The position numbers and the translations under genes were made by a program. Below the pieces are notes generated by a model that made no database searches, had not been told where the DNA came from, and saw only the letters and a list, made by a program, of their open reading frames with translations. From positions 512,001 through 576,000 of the forward strand of contig CAVTMK010000004.1 of the NCBI GenBank assembly GCA_963735805.1: DNA of 64,000 nt, read 5' to 3'. This document shows positions 36,926 to 47,149 of this stretch, piece by piece (position 1 is the first letter of the stretch; every line of letters starts with the position of its first letter). The stretch comes from an uncultured Verrucomicrobiae bacterium (GTDB taxonomy: Bacteria > Verrucomicrobiota > Verrucomicrobiia > Chthoniobacterales > UBA10450).

Positions 36926-39133
36926 ATGAGTCCGATGTCTGCGGCTGAACGCGCGCTTTATTTTTTCGGACGGTTGCTGGTACGTTGCTTTTATCGGGTT
37001 ACTGCGCTGGGCTTGGAAAATCTTCCGCAGGGCGGGTTCCTCCTTTTGCCTAACCACATCACCTGGATTGATGCCATTGTTCTGCAGCTCGCTTGCTCGC
37101 GCCCGATTCGATACGTCATCGACCAGGAACATTATCATAACCCTGTCCTTCACCCGATTCTGCGCAGGTTGGGTTGTATTCCAATCAATACGCGCAATTC
37201 GCGTTCCGCTATTCGTGTCGCGGCGGAAAAAATTTCCGAGGGCGAGGTCGTCTGTCTTTTTCCCGAGGGTCAGTTGGAACGCACAGGGGTCCTTTTGCGT
37301 TTGCAACGGGGTTACGAATTGATCGCGCGCCACGCTCATGCACAAGTCGTGCCGGTTTGGCTCGATCAACTCTGGGGCTCGATCTTCTCATTCCAGGGCG
37401 GACGATTTTTCACGAAATTCCCCAGGCATATCCCGTATCCAGTGACGATTGCCTTTGGCAAACCGCTCAAAGCTGAGGCCGCCGACAATGCAACGGTCCG
37501 CGAAGAATTACTCAAACTCGGCGAATTTTGTTTTAGTCGCCGTCCATCATTAGATCGACATCTTGCCGAAGAATGCGTGCGTGGATTGAAGCGCAGACGA
37601 TTTGCGACGGCCGTGATCGACGGGACCGATCATAGCGAGTTGAGCCGGGCGAAGTTGCTTGGCGCGGCCGCCGCATTGAGTCGCTATCTTCGGAAAGAAG
37701 TTTCCGACGAGCGGATTGCCATCGTTTTACCTGCCAGTAAAGCATCGATGCTGGCGAACCTGGCTGTCACGCTGGCAGACAAAGTTCCTGTCGATCTCAA
37801 TTTCACCGTAGGTCGCGCAGCGAATGAATCGTGCTGCAAGCGCGCCAACTTGCGCGTCGCAATTTCGGCTGCGCAATTCATGGAACGGCTCAAAGATTTT
37901 CCGTGGCCGGAACGCGTTTTGAAATTGGAGGAACTCATCCCGCAGTTGAAACGCCAGATCCTTTTCTGGTGGATCGTGTCTGTCGTGGCTCCAACGCGTT
38001 TGCTCCTGCGTCTTTTGCAAATTCCAAAAGAAGGCGGTCACAGGGAAGCCGTGCTGCTGTTTACAAGCGGAACAACAGGAGAGCCAAAGGGCGTTATCGT
38101 TAGCCACCGTAATGTTGTGGGAAATGTCTCGCAGTTCCGGCAACTGTTGGACGCGCGAGAGACCGACGCCATCCTGGCGTCGCTCCCGTTCTTTCATACT
38201 TTCGGATCGACCGTCACGCTCTGGTATCCGCTCATCGAAGGCGTGCGAATTGTGACGTATCCCAATCCGCTGGAAGCGGCAAAGAACGCGGCGTTAATCG
38301 AACGATACAAACTGACGTTTCTCCTCGTGACTCCGACTTTTTTGCGAGTGTACCTACGCAAAGCGGAGCCGGATCAGCTTCGCAGCTTGCGCCTGATCAT
38401 CACCGGCGCCGAGAAATTGCCGCTCGATCTGGCCAGTCATTTTGAAGAACGCTTCCACAAAAAAGTCTATGAGGGCTACGGACTTACCGAAACAGCGCCG
38501 GTGGTAAGCACCAATCTGCCGGATCTGGAGCCGAAAAAGCCAGGAGAACATGTGCAACCTTCCAGTCGTCTGGGATCGGTTGGCAGATTGGCGCCCGGAA
38601 TGGCAGCGGAAATTCGCGAACCGGAAACGAACCGAAAACTTTCGCTGTACGAAACCGGGATGCTTTGGCTGCGCGGTGCAAACATTTTCGAAGGGTACCT
38701 GCATGATCCCGGGCAAACCGCGGACGTCCTTTGCGATGGCTGGTTGAAAACGGGAGATATCGGCCGGTTCGACGAGGACGGATTCCTTTACATCGAAGGG
38801 CGGCTCTCGCGTTTTTCAAAGATTGGCGGGGAGATGGTGCCGCACGAAACAATCGAAAGCAAAATTGTCGAGCTTCTCGGTTTGTCTGGAAGAGACGAGC
38901 GTCCGGTGGCTGTCATGGGCGTCCAGGACGAGGCCAAAGGCGAAGCGCTCGTTCTGCTTAGCGCAGTTGATATCGATCTCGCGCAGTTGCGCAGCAAGCT
39001 TCACGAAGCAGGCGTGCCGAACCTATGGATTCCCAAACAGGTCCAGCGCATTGAAGCAATCCCGGTTCTCGCTTCGGGGAAACTCGATTTGAAAAAATGC
39101 CAGGGACTCGCAACTGAAGGCCCGCGCACATGA
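36926..39133 (+). CDS. aas: Aas-like bifunctional acyltransferase (PlsC) / acyl-ACP synthetase
   Basis: NHITWID, FPEG; FTSGTTGEPKG, YEGYGLTE, TGD, SGK. Confidence 0.85.
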   Translation: MSPMSAAERALYFFGRLLVRCFYRVTALGLENLPQGGFLLLPNHITWIDAIVLQLACSRPIRYVIDQEHYHNPVLHPILRRLGCIPINTRNSRSAIRVAAEKISEGEVVCLFPEGQLERTGVLLRLQRGYELIARHAHAQVVPVWLDQLWGSIFSFQGGRFFTKFPRHIPYPVTIAFGKPLKAEAADNATVREELLKLGEFCFSRRPSLDRHLAEECVRGLKRRRFATAVIDGTDHSELSRAKLLGAAAALSRYLRKEVSDERIAIVLPASKASMLANLAVTLADKVPVDLNFTVGRAANESCCKRANLRVAISAAQFMERLKDFPWPERVLKLEELIPQLKRQILFWWIVSVVAPTRLLLRLLQIPKEGGHREAVLLFTSGTTGEPKGVIVSHRNVVGNVSQFRQLLDARETDAILASLPFFHTFGSTVTLWYPLIEGVRIVTYPNPLEAAKNAALIERYKLTFLLVTPTFLRVYLRKAEPDQLRSLRLIITGAEKLPLDLASHFEERFHKKVYEGYGLTETAPVVSTNLPDLEPKKPGEHVQPSSRLGSVGRLAPGMAAEIREPETNRKLSLYETGMLWLRGANIFEGYLHDPGQTADVLCDGWLKTGDIGRFDEDGFLYIEGRLSRFSKIGGEMVPHETIESKIVELLGLSGRDERPVAVMGVQDEAKGEALVLLSAVDIDLAQLRSKLHEAGVPNLWIPKQVQRIEAIPVLASGKLDLKKCQGLATEGPRT

Positions 39134-39140
39134 TCGTTAA

Positions 39141-39308
39141 AAGATTCACCTGATGCCCGGGCGCGCTGCTGTTGTCTCATTTCAACTCACGAACGAAGAT
39201 CGGATCGCGCGTCGAACCCTTGTGCTTACCAAGACGAATGGCCAGTGGCTCATTATTCATCCGCGCGTTTCTGATGCTCCGGTCGCCGCGAAATCAGGGA
39301 ATCACTGA
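39141..39308 (+). pseudogene. C-terminal remnant of an NTF2/SnoaL-like gene
   Basis: AAVVSFQLTNEDRIARRTLVLTKTNGQWLIIHPRVS; no N-terminal part. Confidence 0.5.
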
Positions 39309-40342
39309 CGAACAGCCGGATCTTCTTCTTTCAAACGCCAGGGTGAAATTTTTCCAAAGAGATCGCGTGTCGCGCCTGCAATGTCCTCGGCTTTCGATAC
39401 GCCGCTGTCGATGAGCGCCCGTCCAGTGCTTGCCCAAATCTTTCTCACGACCAGCGCGCCATTTTCGCGCACGATTCGACCAAGATGCTGAACCGCCGCG
39501 GCGGTAGCGGATTTGCGGATAAGTTCAGGCGGACATTTTGAAGTCAATTCGCAATAGCGTCGCGCGATTTCTCCCACGCGCAGCGTCAGGAACGCGTTTG
39601 CTGCGCCGTTGGAAACACATTTCACCAGGAGCGCCGAGATGCCACTTAGGCCTGGAATTCCGCCCTTGAGCGCCGGAACCACAGAGACAGCAAGCGGTGC
39701 GACCATCTCTCCAAGGTCAAGCGACTCCAGTCCGCTCGCGACAAAAGCTGTGCCGGCGACATTCGCATATAGCCTCGCTAATTCACGAGGCGAAGGGCGC
39801 TGCACATAAATCCGCGCGATGCGCCCGACCATTTGAATCTGAGTGAAAAGGACGATCAACCCATCCAGCCGGCCATTTTGCATCAGCGCCGTGGTAAGAA
39901 ACACTGCGCTTGCAGTTCTGCGGACGACTAAGTCCGCTTGAGTTGAAAGATGGCCGATCGCCTTTTCGATTTCGTCCATGGTGACGACAGGCAGATCGCG
40001 CGTTCGTGGATTGGCGGCGAGCCGGAGACGAAGAGCCTCCAAATAGGCGTCGTACATCGGACCAGAGTCTTCCTCAGGGGGACCCAGAGCGGCGGGAAGC
40101 CTCGCGTATGCAATTGCATAGTACAGGGCCAACAATCCGGCAGTCAGGCAAACGGTCCAAAAAACGATTGTGCCAGCAATGGGATGGATTCTGTCGGCTA
40201 GTGAAACCAGGCTGGCGACACCTGCGATGATTAATGAGACCAGACAGACCGTCATCGTCACAGCGATGACGATGATTATTCTTCTCGCACCGGAATTCTG
40301 AGCAGTAGCAGGGGCGTTCACCTCGTTCCGATTACTGTGCAC
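39302..40342 (-). CDS. DUF697/YcjF-family membrane protein
   Basis: Two N-terminal TMs; TALMQNGRLDG..Q..M..IA..Y..RP; GAANAFLTLRVG. Confidence 0.7.
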   Translation of the reverse strand: MHSNRNEVNAPATAQNSGARRIIIVIAVTMTVCLVSLIIAGVASLVSLADRIHPIAGTIVFWTVCLTAGLLALYYAIAYARLPAALGPPEEDSGPMYDAYLEALRLRLAANPRTRDLPVVTMDEIEKAIGHLSTQADLVVRRTASAVFLTTALMQNGRLDGLIVLFTQIQMVGRIARIYVQRPSPRELARLYANVAGTAFVASGLESLDLGEMVAPLAVSVVPALKGGIPGLSGISALLVKCVSNGAANAFLTLRVGEIARRYCELTSKCPPELIRKSATAAAVQHLGRIVRENGALVVRKIWASTGRALIDSGVSKAEDIAGATRDLFGKISPWRLKEEDPAVRQ

Positions 40343-40416
40343 TTCGCGCAGCCGGGTTCAATGGGGAAGGTGAATTTCGGGTTCGCGCCTCGCGCAATCG
40401 CACGCGAAGCTGCGCC

Positions 40417-41448
40417 ATGCAAAGGTCTCGCTGCATACCTGCCATATTGGGCGTTGCGACGGTGTCACAGCTGTTGGCTTGTTTCGCGCGCGCAGAGGAA
40501 AAACCAATGATGAAGGCGGTCGTCGCTCATGAGTACGGTGCGCCCGAAGTCTTAAAGTTTGAAGAGGTACCGCGACCCGAGCCGGGCGACGATGAAGCAC
40601 TCGTGCGCGTGGTCGCGAGCAGCGTTAATCCGGCAGATCCGCTCACACTTAGCGGCAAATACGCAAAGGAATTCGGCACGCACCTGCCATTGATTCCGGG
40701 CTACGACATCGCCGGCGTCGTTGAGAAGACAGGCGCAAACGTCACGAAACTCAAAGTCGGCGACGCGGTTTACGGTTACCCAACTTTTGGTGGCGCGTGG
40801 GCCGATTACGTCACGGTCAAAGAATGGGAAGTAGCGGCGAAGCCCAAGTCTCTCAACTTCGTGGAAGCGGCTGCGGTACCGATGGGTGCGTTAACTGCGT
40901 GGCAGTCTTTGGTGGGCGTGGCGAAACTACAACCGGGGCAAACCGTACTCATTCACGGTGGCTCAGGCGGTGTAGGGAGCTTCGCGATCCAAATCGCGAA
41001 AGCGCGCGGCGCACGCGTAATCGCGACCGCGTCGACTGCCAACCAGGACCTCCTGAAACAACTGGGCGCGGACGTAGCGGTGGATTATACGAAGACCAAA
41101 TTTGAAGATGTCGCCAAGAATGTGGACGCCGTTCTCGATCCGGTGGGTAAGGAAACACTCGCGCGTTCTTATGGTGTCGTGAAGAAAGGCGGCATTGTCA
41201 TGTCGCTGGTCGCGCGTCCCGATCCGGTCGAGCTCGAGAAACGCGGGATTCGCGGTACGGGCATCTCATCTCATCCGGACGCAAAAGACCTCGCAGAGAT
41301 TGCACAACTGATCGACGCGGGAAAAATCAAACCCACGGTGACGCAGGTTCTGCCGCTGAGCGAAGCAATCGCGGCGCAACAACAGGCTGCGACGCATCAC
41401 ACACGTGGAAAAGTTGTGTTGCGGATCGCAGACGAGCCCAAAAGTTGA
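40417..41448 (+). CDS. NADP-dependent MDR/quinone oxidoreductase-like protein
   Basis: SVNPAD, LIHGGSGGVG, HTRGKVV; N-terminal signal-like extension. Confidence 0.9.
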   Translation: MQRSRCIPAILGVATVSQLLACFARAEEKPMMKAVVAHEYGAPEVLKFEEVPRPEPGDDEALVRVVASSVNPADPLTLSGKYAKEFGTHLPLIPGYDIAGVVEKTGANVTKLKVGDAVYGYPTFGGAWADYVTVKEWEVAAKPKSLNFVEAAAVPMGALTAWQSLVGVAKLQPGQTVLIHGGSGGVGSFAIQIAKARGARVIATASTANQDLLKQLGADVAVDYTKTKFEDVAKNVDAVLDPVGKETLARSYGVVKKGGIVMSLVARPDPVELEKRGIRGTGISSHPDAKDLAEIAQLIDAGKIKPTVTQVLPLSEAIAAQQQAATHHTRGKVVLRIADEPKS

Positions 41449-41480
41449 CGTAGCACCCTCACGTTTGAAGTTCGCGTGAG

Positions 41481-41777
41481 ATGAAAAGCATATTTCTGGC
41501 GATTTCTTCGGCCGGTCAGAATCGAGATTTCTCAAAAGGCGCGCGCGAGCAACCCTTTTGGGATGAGCACGCAAAGTTTATCGATAAGCTTGTCGACGAC
41601 GGTTTCATTTTGATGGGAGGCCCGTTGGTCGATGAAGGCGGTTCTCTGTTAATCTTCAACGCTGAAGATGAAAACGAAGTGCGAGCGAAATTGAAGAATG
41701 ATCCCTGGACCAGACACGGCATCCTGAAACTGGAAAGCGTGAAGCGCTGGGAAATCTTTATCGATCACAGGAAGTAA
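41481..41777 (+). CDS. YciI family protein
   Basis: EH..F, GGPL..EGGSL, DPW. Confidence 0.8.
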   Translation: MKSIFLAISSAGQNRDFSKGAREQPFWDEHAKFIDKLVDDGFILMGGPLVDEGGSLLIFNAEDENEVRAKLKNDPWTRHGILKLESVKRWEIFIDHRK

Positions 41778-41835
41778 GACCTTTGTGCCGTGCGTCTCCG
41801 ATTGCTTGTTTTTGCTCTTCGCAATACAATTGGGC

Positions 41836-42129
41836 ATGACCGCCAACGAAATCATCAAGGAGATCAAGCGGCTCGATCTCCAGGACCAGTTGGGTGTGAT
41901 CCGTTTTGCTTATCAACTGGATGCTCAACGGCGGCTCTCCGGCAAAGAATTGGCCGAACTGGCGGAGCGAATGGTGAATGCAACAGATCGGACCGAGGAA
42001 GCGATCATTCGCGAAGCGATGGTTCGCGGTTTCTATAGCGCGACTGCCGGGCGCGTCGGATCAAGAGCGAAGAACAAGCGCGCTATCCCGAAAAGAAATA
42101 GGAACAAGCGTTCTGTAAAGCGAGTATAG
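41836..42129 (+). CDS. Small helical hypothetical protein
   Basis: MTANEIIKEIKRL...RGFY; protein-like composition. Confidence 0.55.
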   Translation: MTANEIIKEIKRLDLQDQLGVIRFAYQLDAQRRLSGKELAELAERMVNATDRTEEAIIREAMVRGFYSATAGRVGSRAKNKRAIPKRNRNKRSVKRV

Positions 42130-42176
42130 AGGCGGCTGTCTCCGCGCGGATTGTCCTAATTGTTTCGCTCAAATCT

Positions 42177-42521
42177 CTACAATGCACCGTGGAGAACTTT
42201 TTCGTCGATCGCCAGATAGTCGTTTCGCGGAGGGCTGAACGTATCGAGCACACGCGTGGGCAACAGCGTTTCCGCCCCGTGCGGAACATTGCTTGCGAGA
42301 TAAAAGGAATCGCCAGTTGAGAGCTCGTGCGGAACGCCATCAACGATAAGCCGCATTTGCCCTTCAATAATATGGACGATCTGCTCCTGCGGATGTGAAT
42401 GCGCGGGCATGACGCTCCCGGCCGCCAGCGTCGCCATCATCTGATACATGTTCTTGCCATGCGCCACCGTGCGGCGCGAAATCCCCGGACAGATTTCGAT
42501 CGTCGGACTTTCTCGTTTCAT
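42177..42521 (-). CDS. Cupin domain protein
   Basis: PAHSHPQEQ, NVPHG, DTFSPPR. Confidence 0.9.
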   Translation of the reverse strand: MKRESPTIEICPGISRRTVAHGKNMYQMMATLAAGSVMPAHSHPQEQIVHIIEGQMRLIVDGVPHELSTGDSFYLASNVPHGAETLLPTRVLDTFSPPRNDYLAIDEKVLHGAL

Positions 42522-42617
42522 GTTGAGAAGGTTACGCGGGAAGGTTAGTCGCGCGAACATTTCTGGCTTCGCACTTGTTACTTGCCAATCGTCGTCGGTC
42601 GTTGGCAGAATTCCGGC

Positions 42618-43289
42618 ATGAAAATACCCACCCTATTAGTCACAATTCTGGCTGCGACACTGATCGCAGCTCCCTTATTCGCGCAGAGCTCAGCCGAATC
42701 GCCCGCTACCGCCACAAGTTCTGCGGCGGCTCCCAGCGGCCAGCCGAATATGCAGGAGATGATGAAACAAATGATGGAGATGTCGAAATTGAATGAAAAC
42801 CACAAGTTCCTCACCGACCTCGACGGGAACTGGACCTACACCATCAAGTTCTGGATGAACCCCGATCCGAACGCGCCGCCGCAACAATCCAAAGGCACCG
42901 CCACCCGCAAGAGCGTGATGGGTGGTCGTTATGTGATGATGGATGTGACGGGCAAAATGCAGATGCCGGGCGAAGACGGGAAAATGAAAGATATGCAATT
43001 CAAAGGGATGGGGATCGAGGGCTACGACAACGTAAAGAAAAAGTTCGTCGCTTCATGGATCGACAATATGGGAACAGGTATTCAGTTTTCCGACGGCACG
43101 TATGATCCCGCGACCAAGACGCTGACTTATACCAGCGAAATGGAGCCGGTGCCCGGAATGAAAACACCGGTGCGCGAGGCGATTAAGATCGCCGACAACA
43201 ACCACATGACCCTGGAATGGTACGAAAATCACGGCGGCCAGGAAAAGAAGACGATGGAAATTAACTACACTCGCGCCGGCAAGAACTAG
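42618..43289 (+). CDS. DUF1579 family exported protein
   Basis: Signal peptide; GYDNVKKKFVASWIDNMGT, MEINYTR. Confidence 0.8.
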   Translation: MKIPTLLVTILAATLIAAPLFAQSSAESPATATSSAAAPSGQPNMQEMMKQMMEMSKLNENHKFLTDLDGNWTYTIKFWMNPDPNAPPQQSKGTATRKSVMGGRYVMMDVTGKMQMPGEDGKMKDMQFKGMGIEGYDNVKKKFVASWIDNMGTGIQFSDGTYDPATKTLTYTSEMEPVPGMKTPVREAIKIADNNHMTLEWYENHGGQEKKTMEINYTRAGKN

Positions 43290-43436
43290 CGCGATACGCG
43301 ATCCGCGCTTAGACGGAAACCGGCAACGTTTTCGTTACGCGCCGAGTTGCATGACTGCATTGCCCTACTCGCGCATTTTGTCAGGGGAAGGATCAAGCAT
43401 CGTTAGGTAATATCCGTCGCGCTAACAGTGTCCCCG

Positions 43437-44192
43437 TTACGGGTTTCGCTGTTTTCGGATTCGTCCCGTAATTAGAAAATGTGCGACGAACCCAAGCAGG
43501 AACGTGACGATCCCGATTCGGGCGTTCAAAGTCGCTGCGATCAACAGCTCAGCGAGACCGAACAACCACGCAAAGCTTTCTCCCGCGAACGCCTGTCCCC
43601 AGCTGGGCCGGAGATTTCCGGACGGAACGCGCGGCTTTAGCGCGGGCCAGAAACGCGGGACCGCTTTGCAATACGCGCGATACGATTCCCCTTGGGTTTT
43701 CAGCAGGGATTCTTCCTCGCGACGAATTAGCCGATAAACAAAAATCCAGTTCGCCAGCACCAGAAAAATAAATCCGGAACGGCTGGCCAGGACGCCGATT
43801 CCAGCCGCCATCGGCAGGTTTCCCAGATAAAGCGGATTGCGCGTATAACGAAAGGGCCCGTCGGCTACGAGCGCTTCTGAATGTTGAGCGGTATCGTGCA
43901 CAACTGCGGTTCGCAAATACGCAGCTCCCCACGTCCGCAATCCCGCTGAGAGAAAAACGAGCAGGGCGCCGGCTGCGATCACGATTCGGGTGAACATTAC
44001 CGCCTGCGGCTGCCCGGGAACGATTGATGGAGCAATCAAATGCCGCAGCGCAACAATGAACGGAACATGATCGAAGACGGAAATGAAAAACCCGGCGAGA
44101 TACATCGCGCAGATGATCCAGAACCGTTTTTCGAACTCGAACCTGGTCGCGCGCACCACCGCATTTGTAGCGGTTGCTGTTCTCCGCTGCAA
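43437..44192 (-). CDS. Isoprenylcysteine carboxyl/phospholipid methyltransferase family membrane protein
   Basis: GPFRYTRNPLYLG, EE..L..GESY..Y...VPR. Confidence 0.85.
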   Translation of the reverse strand: MQRRTATATNAVVRATRFEFEKRFWIICAMYLAGFFISVFDHVPFIVALRHLIAPSIVPGQPQAVMFTRIVIAAGALLVFLSAGLRTWGAAYLRTAVVHDTAQHSEALVADGPFRYTRNPLYLGNLPMAAGIGVLASRSGFIFLVLANWIFVYRLIRREEESLLKTQGESYRAYCKAVPRFWPALKPRVPSGNLRPSWGQAFAGESFAWLFGLAELLIAATLNARIGIVTFLLGFVAHFLITGRIRKQRNP

Positions 44193-44207
44193 TCTGCCAC
44201 TGTTCGT

Positions 44208-44573
44208 TCAGTCCGATGACACAACGAACCGGTTACCCTCGCTGTCCTTGAACATCGCGTAAGTGCCCCACGGTTGTTTTTGAGGCGGACCTTCAAATTC
44301 CACGCCGCGGTTTTTCAACTCGACATACGTTTTGTCGATGTCATCACACGTGTACGACATGTTCATGAACGACCCGATACGCTTTTCGTCGCCGCCGGGT
44401 GTGAACAGCACCACTCGTGTCTCAGCTTTCGGAACTCGCAATTCGATCCAGCGCTGTTTTTCGTCGAACGGCTGATCGGTGATGATCGTGAACCCGAGTT
44501 TCTCTGTGTAAAAGTCCAGCGCGCGATTTTGGTCGGCGACTGGAATGCTAACAAGTTTGATTTGCTTGATCAT
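44208..44573 (-). CDS. VOC/glyoxalase family protein
   Basis: ALDFYTEKLGF, QPWG, FKDSEGN. Confidence 0.9.
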   Translation of the reverse strand: MIKQIKLVSIPVADQNRALDFYTEKLGFTIITDQPFDEKQRWIELRVPKAETRVVLFTPGGDEKRIGSFMNMSYTCDDIDKTYVELKNRGVEFEGPPQKQPWGTYAMFKDSEGNRFVVSSD

Positions 44574-44697
44574 GATGGGCCGAAGCTAATGTGATCGATA
44601 TGATCGCGTCCAGCTGCGAGCATCGGTGGTGGTAAGAAAGTGCTGTCCGTTTATCGGTATAGCGCGGTATTGTAGCTGCCTCGCTGCGCGGGGTTCC

Positions 44698-45006
44698 ATG
44701 GCCAGATTTCGACAAACTATTCCGATCGACGATTACGTTCTCGATGTTCTGATGCGCGATCTGATCGGGCACGATCAGCAACCGGCGGCTTATGTCGTTT
44801 ACCTGTGTCTTTACGGTCAGGCTGCTCGGAAGAAATGGAAACCGATCGCCGCCAGTGTACGAACGCTTGCCGACGCGACAGGTCTTTCCAAAAGCGCGAT
44901 TCAAATTGCACTTGCGACCTTGCGCCACCGCGAATTAATCGTCACTACGCGTGAACACGCCACGGCCACGTCTCGCCATCGCGTGCTCCGCCACTGGCGC
45001 GCGTAA
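44698..45006 (+). CDS. Small winged helix-turn-helix protein
   Basis: SVRTLADATGLSKSAIQ.AL..L. Confidence 0.75.
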   Translation: MARFRQTIPIDDYVLDVLMRDLIGHDQQPAAYVVYLCLYGQAARKKWKPIAASVRTLADATGLSKSAIQIALATLRHRELIVTTREHATATSRHRVLRHWRA

Positions 45007-45131
45007 CCTTGTAGCCTCAGAGTTTACTCGCCGTGGCGAGTGTCGAGGCGTTTCCTCGCGAATGAAATGGCCGAGGCTGACAAATAAGCCTGGAATATGG
45101 GCCGGCCACTGCCTGCCTTTAGCCTGCTTCC

Positions 45132-46959
45132 CTATTCAGTAAAGAGTTCGATCGCATCGATCAGTGATTCCGCGATCGACTCTTTCGAAATCCAGCGCTG
45201 CAAACCGTCGGCTGCCATTTTCTTGCTGACCCGGCGCCAGCAGGAAAACTTCCGTGCCGTCGAGCCGTATCTTGGTTAGGATCTCAAAGACGGATGTGTC
45301 CGCGCTGATGACAGCGTAATTCTGGGATGCGATCTCCGCGATGCTGGTCTCCTGCCGGGGGCGACGGACCGCTTGCAAAGCCGCATTGATGGTAACGACG
45401 CCTGCGATTTTCTTTTTCTCCATCGCGAGGAAACAAGCGCCCGCAGGATAAGAAGGCAGGATAATCGCCAGCTCCGGCAAGGTCATGTCGGCCGGCAACC
45501 TAAAGATGTCGGCGTGGTTCAACTCGCGGGCCGGCTTCATGTATTGGATATTTGCCTGCATCGCGGTAGGCATGCGATGACCCCGGCGAGCGAGTTTCAG
45601 CGTGTAGATGCTTTCGTTGGAAATCATTTTTCGCACACCGTAGGCGATCGCCACCGTGGTTGTCATCGGCACGATGACCCCGTAGTCGAGTGTCATTTCA
45701 AAAATCATCACGATCGCCGTGATTGCCGCGCCAGTAGTTCCGCCGACGATGCCCGCCATTCCGACCACGGCGAAGGCGGCCGGGCTGATCGTGATACCGG
45801 GGAAAATATGCTGGAGGAGAATGCCATAGGCGCCGCCCAACGTCGCGCCGAGGAACAGTGCGGGAGAAAAAACGCCGCCCGATGCGCCGGAGCCGAGGGT
45901 GAGTGACGTCGCGAAAAGTTTGAGCGCGAAAAGGAGCAGGAGCAGCCAGAAAGAGTTAAGAGTGTGTGAGAGGACGTCCTGGATCGTGGCATAGCCCACA
46001 CCTTCAATCTGGTAGGCACCAGTCTGACGGAGGAGCACATACATGAGGATGCCCACCAGCAGCATGCCGCTCATATGACGCAGGTAGGGGTTACGAATTT
46101 TCTCGTCGAAGAAATCCTCGAAGGCGTAGATCGATCGGATGTAGACGACCGAGACCAGCCCGATGATCAGACCGAGCCCGACATAAGCGGTGAGGAGGAG
46201 CGGATGGGTCAGATGAAAATAGCTGATCCGCAACTCAGGAATGGTGAACGCCGGGTTCGGACCAAAGAAAAAGCGGCCCACGTAACTGGCGCTCGCGGTC
46301 GAAATCGCTACCGGCACCAGTGTCCAGACGCTGACTTCGTGGAGCAAAAGTTCGGCTGCGAAAAGTACACCGCCGATCGGCGTGTTGAACGTCGCAGCAA
46401 TGCCCGCGCCGGCGCCGGCTGCGATCAACGTGGTGCGCTGCCATGCTGGGATCCGCAGCCATTGCCCAACGCCCGAACCGAAAGCCGAACCGATCTGAAT
46501 GATCGGACCCTCGCGGCCGACCGATCCGCCGCTGCCAATCGAGAGCGCGGAGGCGAGCGATTTGATCACGGCCACGATTGGTCGAATGACGCTTTTGTTA
46601 TAATAGATGGCATCCATCACTTCCGGCACGCCATGGCCACTCGCTTCCGGTGCGAAAGTTCGTACCAGCCAGGTCACACCAATACCGCCGACGACTGGCA
46701 CTAAAATGATGAACGGTCCCCACGGACCGGGCGGCGTGTGGACATTGGCTTCGTAAAAAAAGGAAATCTTTCCGAGAAAAAACAGGTTGTGCAAAAATGC
46801 GATCATCCCGCGAAAAACCCACGCACCGCATCCGCCCACCAAGCCGATCAGCATTGCAAGCAACCAGAAACGAAGAGGGGAAAGCGCGGCGCTCTTCCGA
46901 GCCTTGCCTTTCTTCGGCCCGGACAACGGCACCGGAGTTTCCATGTATTGTCTAGCCAC
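45132..46959 (-). CDS. ClC chloride channel/antiporter with CBS region; probable frameshift near the C-terminus
   Basis: GHGVPE, GSVGREGP, GGVFSP, IFEMT, SIY; alternative frame ...SKESIAESLIDAIELFTE* ends at 45132. Confidence 0.9.
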
Positions 46960-47050
46960 GAGAGAGATTTTCCGTCGTTGCCATCTGGTGCGCGCTGTTC
47001 AAAGACACACGCCCACCATAGGGCGGACCGCAGCTCCCTTCAATTAACTG

Positions 47051-47127
47051 CTGTAGCCGGCGGCGTTGACCCCGGCATTCGCGCGATTAGGTATCTCAAT
47101 GGCCGCGGTCGGCGCCCGCGGCTACAG
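47051..47127. repeat. GTAG-family REP doublet
   Basis: ctgtagccggcggcgttgaccccgg ... ccgcggtcggcgcccgcggctacag. Confidence 0.7.
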
Positions 47128-47149
47128 ACGCCAACCCGCGTCATGATGC

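Noticed and set aside
46960..47149. Fluoride riboswitch upstream of the ClC
   Set aside because: No crcB-motif consensus seen; the ClC has GHGVP/GREGP rather than CLC-F motifs, and the hairpin is a REP doublet
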